64,000 bases of DNA, from NCBI RefSeq assembly GCF_009914755.1, contig NC_060927.1. The stretch is one strand, 5' to 3'. The notes under the pieces are model-generated. The model was not told the origin of the DNA. It saw only the letters and a program-made list of their open reading frames with translations, and ran no database searches. The DNA comes from the human T2T-CHM13v2.0 reference genome, Homo sapiens. The translations under genes were made by a program, and so were the position numbers. Below are positions 54,641-64,000 of the stretch, in pieces (within the stretch, counting starts at the first letter, position 1; each line of letters opens with the position of its first letter).

Positions 54641-55823
54641 AGCATTTTTAAATTGTTAAATGGGCCAAATGCAAGGTGCAATAACATTGCTGTCTGGGTA
54701 AAGGAAGAAAGCAATGAACTGGAATAAAAGGATCTGAGTTCAAATTCTGGTTCTATCACTGCCCTGGGTTAAGTCTCTCAGTCTGTTGCCATTTTTCTCT
54801 GTTTGCTTCAGTCACCTAACTTGTAAGCAGGCGACCATTCTGAATGTTCCTTTAGGGTCTGACCTATGATTACATGATTCTTCCATTGTCAGTGTGTTAC
54901 TGTAAGCAGAGATCGGAGCAGGCAGAGAGATAAGAAGCCCAATTTAACTCAGAAATATCGAACATTAAAATGCACTTTCATCTAAACTAGTATTTTATTT
55001 TAAAAAGTGACATTTAATGAGCACTACTAAGTACCAGAGATTGTGCAAAGCATATTAAATGTTTTCACTCATTAAATCTTTCGACTCTATGAAGTAGGTA
55101 CTATTTGGTCTTAGCAACTTCTTCACATCATAGGATATTTTTGTCATGTATCTAACAGGAAATTTAAGCAGCCTTGCTAGTGTTACTGTAAGCAGGATGT
55201 GAATCCAAGACAGCTATCTGAAAACATTACCAGAGCATCTCTTTTGACTAGAGAGAGCTCATTGGCCATGCATATGTCTGTCATGACCAATGACGTGCCC
55301 TCCTGCCCAGAGTTACCAGTATCGCTAGGCTGGCAACAAGTCTTAGGAAGTTTACGTCATCTCTATATTTTTGAAGTTACTAAATGTGAAAAATATCATG
55401 ACCTCAGTGTTCCCTTGCTGAGCCAGATTCATAGCATTACCACCACCTGCTCTTCCAAAGGTTTCCATTTAATGCAGGTTTAAAAATAAGGACTCTGAAC
55501 TCTCTCTTGCTTTCTTTAGAGGAAAGGTGTAAGTCTGGTTGGAGTGTTTAAGAAATTCCAGGGTGATGCAGTGGAAAAAAACATGTCTCAGCTTTGCCAC
55601 ATGACCCTGCGCAAGTCAACTGCACAGGCCTTCAATTTCTCCATCTCTGTAACAGAGTGATTAAATAAGACAATTTGTTTGTAGGAAAAAGGACATGGAT
55701 TGGGTTATGTGTCAGTTTATCTTTAAAATCCATTTAAAGCTTGAAAATGAAATTGTGCAATACTTGGTAAACATGTATTGGCTAACAAACTGCTTAAAAT
55801 AGGTAGTTTAGAACCTTTTAACC

Positions 55824-55975
55824 CTTCCTTCCTTCCTTCACTTCCTTCCTTCCTTCCTTCACTTCCTTCCTTCCTTCCTTCACTTCCTTCCTTCCTTCCT
55901 TCACTTCCTTCCTTCCTTCCTTCACTTCCTTCCTTCCTTCACTTCCTTCCTTCCTTCCTTCCTTCCTTCCTTCCT
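55824..55975. repeat. (CTTC)n polypyrimidine repeat with a 21 bp higher-order unit (CTTC)5A
   Basis: cttccttccttccttccttca repeated; the 7-aa periodicity (SFLPSLP) is visible in the ORF track. Confidence 0.95.
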
Positions 55976-55989
55976 TGTTTTCCCATCCA

Positions 55990-56560
55990 GACACCACTTT
56001 AAGTGCTAGAAATGCAGTTCTGAATAAAATAGACAAGGCCTCTCTTTTCTTGGAACACACATTCTGGTGGTATAAGTAGAGGACATGAAAAGAATACAAT
56101 GACAAAATAGGTTTTAAAGTGATTGAATGCAAGTAGGTCTTTTATATTTCATAAAGGGCTATTAAAATAGGTTTCTCTGAGGGGGAAACATTTTGCTGAG
56201 ATCCCAATGTTGAACTGGGGCCAGTGTTGTTCTGAGGGGAGACTATCACAGACGGAAGACCCAGAAAGTGCAAATGGGCTGAGGAAGGCTTGAGCATGGC
56301 CTGTCCACACAACAGAAAGAAGGCTCCATGTCTGGAGCCTGGGGTACATGGAGGAGAGTGGAAGAAATGGAATTAGAAAGGTAGCGCCAGCCAGGCCATG
56401 TACTGCATGTTAAGAGCTCTGATTTGTATTTAAAAGTCACTGAAGTGTTTTCAGTATAGTTTGATGCATTTCACATTTTTAAATTATTACTCTAACTGCA
56501 ATGATTTTAGGAGGTAAGAATAGAAGCAGAAAAACGCATTAGCAAAATAAAAAGTGTACC
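55990..56560 (-). mobile_element. L2
   Basis: tgaataaaatagacaaggcc, ggtttctctgaggggg, aggctccatgtctggag. Confidence 0.7.
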
Positions 56561-57807
56561 AGGATCCAGAAAAGTGGAGTAACCAGAAGGATTATTGGAA
56601 AAAGTAGAAATTGAATGAAAATCGAATTTGAATGCCTCCAGTACCAGGCAACCCATTATCTTTTAAGGCAGATGAATCTATTTTTAAACAACTTCATCTC
56701 TCAGAAAGTACATGCCACAATTTATCACAGTATACAATATGTGCTCAGTAAGTGTTATTTCTCCCATCCTTGCACTGTAGTGTTCACACATCAGTCCTGG
56801 ATTCATCCCTTGGGATCACACAAAATGATTTTAACAACTTAATTAAAATCCACTCAGTAAGCAGAGTCTAAGCATTCTGATTTCCATTTATTAGTCTAAT
56901 TGTGGACAGCTTCATATTCAGTGACAGATCAACACCATTATTTCTTTCTTTCCCATAGGTCTACAGTTCTTATTAGACACAAGCTAGAATTGTGCTATGA
57001 TGAAAACATTATTCTTCTTTGACTATATATACATGGTGAAAAGAGGTTGGGTGTTGAGGGACTTAGGCTGGTTCAACTTTTTATCAATTTTCAAGTCCTG
57101 CTAGTCTCTCGAGGAAGACGTATGTTCCTTAAGTGAAACCAAGTGGGTTGGCCTTAAACAGCTTTAGTCTCAGTGACCAGAAGACAGCTTGTGAAAGGTG
57201 AAAGAAGGCATGGTTCTGACCGTAAGGGCTGACTGAGCTCTGGAAAGCAAGGGAGCCAGGCAAGAGGTATATAAAGTTGTCCTGGGGCCATACAGCTGAA
57301 ATTAAGACAGCTTGGGAGACCAGGTGTACAATGGCTCGGACCTACAATTTTGGAGATAATTAACTAATAGAGTGTTAGAATTATTATAGAATATTGGAAT
57401 CGATTTATTCCCATATTCATACTATGTAAGCTAGGCACTTTTCTGCTTATTATCATTTGTTCTCTTCAATTCACATTTATGTTCATAAAGTAATTTTGAA
57501 CAATTCTATCTTATCTCAGCTGTTTTCAAGGAAACCAAGATATGGGGTACAAAACCACATTTGACCTAGAACATCAAAGGGAAAGCACCTTATCTCTGTG
57601 TTGTGGCACTGTGGGGGAAGAATCAGCAAAATTCTTAAAGGGCATGGTTGGACTCAAGCAGAGAGAATTTAGTGATCCTTTCCTCTTTTCTTTTCCAGTT
57701 AAATGTTCTGCTTTGATTCTTACACCCCACACGTTTTGTTTTAAATAAATGAAGACATTTTCCTTGCATCATCACCACCTTGATCCCTCCTCTAAACAGA
57801 TGCTCGG

Positions 57808-57995
57808 ATTCAGTTGTTTTCAAAATGTGGTCACCAGGCCAGAGGCATCAGCAACATCTTGGAACTGCTAGAAAGGCACATTCTTAGACCCCAGACAGAC
57901 TTAAATGTGGCATACTTGGGATAGGTCTGAGCAATTTCTGTTTAACAGTCCCCTTCAGATGATTCTGATGCATATTAAAGTTAAAAAATCTCTGA
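57808..57995. mobile_element. MER5A (hAT-Charlie MITE)
   Basis: cagttgttttcaaaatgtggtc...gcatcagca...tttaacagtccccttcagatgattctgatgca. Confidence 0.8.
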
Positions 57996-60255
57996 TCAAA
58001 TTGTTCTTAAAATGAATAACTGAGAGAATCCCCACAATTTACCTGTGAGGTAGAGCAGTAATTCCTGCTGCCTGCAGTGAGCTGGAGGTGGACCTTGGAT
58101 TAGAAATCAGTTCTCTTGAATTCCAGGCCATGGCTCTTTCCATTGCATATGCCCTCAACCTCAGAGCTTATAAAGAACTACAATCTAAAGGTTACTTGGA
58201 ATATTATCATTCTTTTAGTTTTGTAGGTTTACCAAGCTGCAAAAAAAAAAAAAGAGTAATTTTATATTTAGAATTATGAATTAAGAGGGTAAGCAGAGAT
58301 GTGCACAGCCATATGGATATGTAGATATTTATTGAAATATCATTTATGACAGAATTTTTTAAAATAAAAAACTGAGAAGTTAAATGATCAACAGATAAAA
58401 TGAATAATTTTATAATATATCCAAATATTCTGATACTACAGAGCCATTAAAAATAATGTTTTCAAATGATACGTGGTTATACAGAAAAAAATATACTTGG
58501 TACGAAATTACAAGAGCATAATATAAAACGGTATATGTCTAAAAATCCTTATATTTTAAACAAATGTGCCTAGAGATTGTATTTGTAGAAAATATAAGTA
58601 TTAAAAATGGAAAAGAATGTACCAACATTGTAAAGATAATTATCACTGAGTAATAGTTTAATGGTGACTTTTTCTTCTTGCTTGTCTTTCTTATTCAACA
58701 TTTCTTTAATTAATTTTTTGAACTTCATTATCCACGAGTTTTCATCAAGCATACCCATGCCAGTTTCTTATTTCAATTACGGCGCTCAGCTTCTGGATAA
58801 ACCAACTTCTTGTGTCCTTTATTCTCATCTGGGCTATCAATCCATGAGTGCGAAGTGAACTATAAGTGTAAAGAACTCTGATAATATTAAGAACCATTAT
58901 TAAATATGATTACCAACTATGAAGTTTCTCATTTTGTGTCATATGTCTCAGCAATATTAAATACCACAAGGGAGGAAGTTGGAACTTTATTTTTCACAGA
59001 AGAAACCTCAAGTTGCTGTGTTTTTGCATATTTATTCTTCATTTAGACAACAGTGACAGGCAACTATTTTAGGGATTATCAAGAGCTTTCCTCTTATTAT
59101 CCCCTAATCTATCCTCTTTTCTTTCAACATGGCTTAGCCAGAGTTAAGAGAAATGTTTTGCTTTTATGACTTGCAAGAAATACTATGTAAAAACTTGTTA
59201 AACATTAAATAATAAGAATTAGAATGATAATAAATGTTTTTGTCAGGGTAAATGCTAATGTCTCTAGGTACACCTCGTCTACGCACTTATATTCTTCACT
59301 AAAGGGAGACAGAAAAAGGGAACAAGAGAAAGATAACTGTAGTTTATTGGGAATAAATGTGTTAATTCCAAAAATATTTACTGAGTGCATATTCTGTGTG
59401 AGGCACTGTGCTGAGCATTACTGTGAAAGCACATCATGAAGTTCATAGTTTAATGGAGCTCATGAAACATTATTAGACATAGACATCAGAACTCAAATTA
59501 AAGTTAAAAAAGAGAGTAGACCAGAAGAGACGTAAAAGGTCAATAGTGATGAGCATTCAGAAGAGGAATGTGTATTTCCACTGAAACTAGAAGTTTGTTT
59601 GGAAGTGTTGAGGAGATGACGAATAGGAGATCCTTCCAAAGGAAGCATAAGCAGGAACTTTAGGGTGGCAAATGATGGCATAGACATGAAAACACAAGTA
59701 GTGTTCTTTCCCTAGAGCATATATCCCTACTGACATGCTATTTTGAAGTTTGTTCACCTAGAACAGCAAACAGGAAGCCCTCAGTAAATGGTAACTCATG
59801 ATATCACACTTGGAGTAAATTGATTTGGGGAAGAAGAGGAATGAATATAGCCTGGCTACCCTGAGGACTGCTTCTGCCCAAACACACATTTCCCAAAACT
59901 CCAAACTGACTAACCGAACAAAAATTCCAACTCAAGAAATCTTGAACATGATGTGTTTTTAGAGTAAGTTATCTCGAAGGGGCCATAGATGGTTGTCTAT
60001 CATACACTAAATATGCCCATTCTACACTAAACTTCTCAGAAATTTTCTTGCTCTTCATCTTTTTCCTTCACTTTCCCCTTCTTCTTGTGATGTGGCTCAT
60101 CCTTTCCAGAAGAGTGAGTATGGAATGCAGTTGACTTTCCCCTTTGGAGCAGGGATTTCTCGCCAGGAAATATTCCCAGGACACCTTGGTAAATAAAAGT
60201 ATTTGTCTTCTGTAGGAAAGAAGCAGAAGCAGAGGTAGAAAAGGGAAATGGAAAC

Positions 60256-61637
60256 CTTACCCAACATCAAGAAGCTGTGAAATGATAGAGGTAAGATTTT
60301 ATTCAGCCACGCGCTGTGGCATAGGCAATATTCTGTACTACCTGATACTAATGTGCCTACCTGATTTTGGGAACCCTTCAGGGCACACCTGGAGGTCAGT
60401 ATTTATTTCATTAGGAAATCTTGCCAACTTATTTTAATGGCAAAGCAGACACCTTAGCTATGGTTGTTGTGAAGTACACAACAAAAGCTTCTCCTAAGAT
60501 GTTTTAGGCAGGGACTCAAGGACTTAACATTTTGTGAGCCATGGGAAGAATTAAGCCTTTCTGAGGAGTGGTCCCAGCTTTGTCTGTAAATTAGAATCAC
60601 TTGGGGAAATTTAAAAAACACAAATGCCCAGCTCTACCTCAAATTTTCTTGTGATAGATTTGAGGTGAAACCTCAGTAGTGGTAGCTTCAGTAGTTTGCT
60701 AAAACTCCCAGGTGATTCTAATGTACAGTCAGACTTGAGAATCCTGCTCTAAAGGGATTGAAGAATCAAAGGAAAGTGGAAATGATCATGAAAGAGCCAA
60801 ATATAAATGAGCAAAATAACCAGTAATTGTCTTGTCTTTGCGGGAAATTTTATATATAGCAAATATACATATGTAAACCAAAAATACTCATTTTTAATTT
60901 CTATTTCAGTAGTATTCCTGATGTTAAAATTTGCTTAAAAGAGAATGTAACAAAACAGCAGATGCTTTTGGGTAACTGTATACAGATGAAGTGTTTTTTT
61001 CTATTCCTTCATATGTTTGTTTTTTTCAAAAACAGACTTTGAATGTGCTAATTCTATAATCAGACAATACAAATAAGACCCAAAGCAAAATCCACATGTT
61101 GAATCATTATATATATAATATAGAAATACATACCTATAATTACATGATAATTTGAGAGTTGTTCACATAAGAAAAGATCATTTAAACATAGTCACTGTTC
61201 AGACTTTTAAAATTAATTATTGACTTTAAATATCACTCACCTTATCAAATAAAAAGTTCATTCACATGGTCACCAAATGCTAGTGGCCACTGCACAATTT
61301 TTAATTATTTTTTTAACTCACTACAATGCCTGGAGGCAGGTGCTTTCATCAACTCCCTCTTGTAAGTGAGGAAATAAAGGTAAAGGGGACTTAATTAACT
61401 TGCCCAAGATCAGGAGGCTGTGAAATGGCAGAGGGGAGATTTTATTCAGTCTTGCACTACGGCATAGACAATATTCTATACTCTCTGATATTAATGTGCC
61501 TACTTGATTTTGGAACTCTTCAGAGAACACATGGAGGTCAGTACTCATTTCATCTGGAAATCTTGCCTACTTAATGTTAAGGCAGGCACCTAAGCTGTAT
61601 TTGATGCCAAGTACACAGCAAAACTTCTACCTGAAAG
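60256..61637 (+). repeat. Diverged ~240 bp direct repeat pair (60256-60499 and 61399-61637)
   Basis: Colinear shared blocks: gctgtgaaatg, agattttattcag, caatattct, taatgtgcctac, tggaggtcagta, ggaaatcttgcc, aagtacaca. Confidence 0.9.
60565..60750. mobile_element. MER5A/B
   Basis: ttagaatcacttggggaaatttaaaaaacacaaatgcccag...ctcccaggtgattctaatgtacagtcagacttgagaa. Confidence 0.8.
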
Positions 61638-61644
61638 AATGAAT

Positions 61645-62395
61645 AATAAAAGAAATTCAACAGCCACTGTGGAGAACAGTATGGAGGCTCCTCAAAAAAC
61701 TGAAAATAAAGCTCCTGTATCATCCAGCAATTCCACTGCTAGGTATTTACCCCAAAGAAAGGAAATCAGTACACTGAAGAGATATACTCCCATGTTTATT
61801 GCAGCACTATTCACAATAGCCAAGATTTGGAATCAAGTGTCCATCAACAGATGAATGAATAAAGAAAATGTGGTACATAAACACAATGGGATATTATCCA
61901 GCCATAAAATATAAAATCCGGACATTTGCAACAACACAGATGGAAATGTAGGGCATTATGTTAAGTGGAATAAGCCAGGCACAGAAAGACAAATTTTGCC
62001 TGTACTCACTCATGTGGGAGCTAAATTTTAAACAATTGAACTCACAGAGATAAAGGGCAAAATGACGGTTACCAGAGGCTGGGAAGGTTAGTGAGCAGGG
62101 AGGGGAAAGTGGGGATTGTAAATGGGTGCAAAAATATGGCCAGATAGAATGACTAAGATCTAGTGTTTGATAGCTCAATGAGGTGACTACGGTCCACAAT
62201 CATTTATTCTATATTTTAAAACAACTAAGAGTCGAATTGGAATGTTCTCAACACATAGAAATTATAAATGCTTGAGATAATGGATATGTCAATTACCCTG
62301 ATGTCATTATTATACATCGTATGCGTGTATCAAAATATCACATGTACCCAATAAATACATACATGTAACATGTACCCATTACATTTTTAAAAAAT
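61645..62395 (+). mobile_element. L1MA2/3-like 3' end
   Basis: cagccactgtggagaacagtatggagg, taagccaggcacagaaagacaaa, ggttaccagaggctgggaagg, tatcaaaatatcacatgtaccc. Confidence 0.9.
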
Positions 62396-63884
62396 CAATG
62401 GCAGGTTTCTTATCACAGTGACATGAGTTACTTTAATAAACTCAGTAAAAAGTTTTAAAAAGAACCTCAAATCTACAATAGTTGCTGAATCTTAAACTTG
62501 TCACACGTTGAATATTAAGTGCAGAGAGTTAAGAGCTATTTTCCACTTAAATAACAACAATTGGAGGAAGTGGTGGTTATCAGTCATCTTTAGCCCTCAC
62601 TTTAGTTTAATAGCCATTAGTAAAAAACAGAGATAAATTTTATAGGTGCTAATTGACCCTGCAAGAAGCCTTTGAACCCTTCCCACTAGCTTAGGACTTT
62701 TTCTTTGAAGCCTTGTTTTAACTAAAGTGTCCCAGCAAAAACCTGGGAAAAATATACGTTAGAGAAAAAGATGCAGGTACAAAACCTTTGCACTATATGA
62801 ATAATTGTAAAACTATGGTTTAGTGACTGTGAGCAAAACAAACCTGACCAGTACTTGACCACAAAGGACTCCCCCAGTTACTCTAAAAGTTTTTTGAGGA
62901 AGTACTTTAGAAGATTTTGAATGTGTTATCACTCTATTCTGTTAATATTAGGAAGAGAGGAGAAAACAGCCTACATATTTACAGCACTATACAGCTTTCA
63001 TAACTCATTTGATCCACATAAAAACCTTATACGATCTGAAGATCAAATAGGTAAAATAACTCACCCAAGGTCACCCTGCAAATGAATAGAAAAATTGGAA
63101 TTCAATTAAGAGAACTAGAGCAAGCTTCCTTTCACTGCACCGTAGCTGCCTTGCACATTCACTGTATCGTTGAGTTAGAGAAGTTGAATTAGAACAAGTA
63201 AGGAGATGAGGCACAAGTCTAGTCACGGAAGACCTAAGAAGAAAGTGAAGAGATTTTTTATAAGTACACTAGTCCTAAGCATTTACATTCTAGTTAAGCT
63301 CCCTGTTGACTAATATCCAAGAAAAAGCCAGGCATAATGAGAACAAAATAAAATCATATGCAAGAATCTTTATTTTGACCCAGGAATTATTCCAAGCTTG
63401 TTTCCCACCCATTTGCTTCTACCTTCTTTCTTCACTAGCTGTCCATGGTCTTCACATCATTTAGAAAGTGTGAATTTGGGAGATGGCAGAAAAAACAAAA
63501 AACAAAAAAAAGCAGTCTTCTAGAGAAAAACAGTGGGCTGGTTAGAAGATGACACCTTGGAATGGTGCAGAATTGACTTTGCCAAGGAGAAGGAGAGAAA
63601 TGACTGCATTTCATCATAACTATGCTTGAAAGAATGGAGTAGATGACCCCTTACGGCCACTTCCACTTGCCAGATTTCATATGCAAACTTACTCCTTTTT
63701 TATCCCTCAGAACACTGGAAAGGTTTCAAAAGACAAGTAATCTTAGCACACTCTGTCCTTGGAGAATTGTGGATGAAAGGGGCACATAAATACCTGTTAT
63801 TAGTTTCATGCAGCAATTTTAGTTGGATTTTCTTGACCCATCTCCCCTTTTGTAATATTTCTCAGGGAGTATGCGTATATGTGA

Positions 63885-63934
63885 GAGTGTGTGTGTGTGT
63901 GTGTGTATGTGTGTGTCTGTGTGTGTGTGTGTGT
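63885..63934. repeat. Interrupted (TG)n microsatellite
   Basis: TG run with two interruptions. Confidence 0.92.
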
Positions 63935-64000
63935 TTAAGTGGTTTTGACCTTAGGGTTCTCTTTGATTTATAGGCAGCTCTGTAAGTTATGCTGGGATGG

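Noticed and set aside
55778-56132. Repetitive SFLPSLP / KEGRKEV ORFs
   Set aside because: Translations of the CTTC repeat.

Overview
Primate (most likely human) AT-rich, CpG-depleted genomic DNA that looks intergenic or deep-intronic. Recognisable interspersed repeats make up a large share of the window: Alu J/S/Y, L1 of several ages (L1PA, L1PB, L1MA, L1MB, L1MD, L1ME), L2, MIR, MaLR/ERVL LTRs and hAT DNA transposon relics (Blackjack, Charlie, MER5), plus several microsatellites. I find no CpG island, structural RNA gene, CRISPR array or recognisable host protein-coding exon. The only ORF with real protein homology is the L1 ORF2p C-terminus at 27-629. I cannot support a new biological system here. 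The best leads are modest: an old ~240 bp local duplication (60256-60499 / 61399-61637), a 251-codon ORF in unique sequence overlapping a well-formed antisense non-coding exon, several unusual L1 architectures, a perfect 39 bp tandem duplication, and a few transcription-factor motif clusters. Repeat subfamily names come from remembered consensus sequences. Boundaries of old repeats are approximate (tens of bp).
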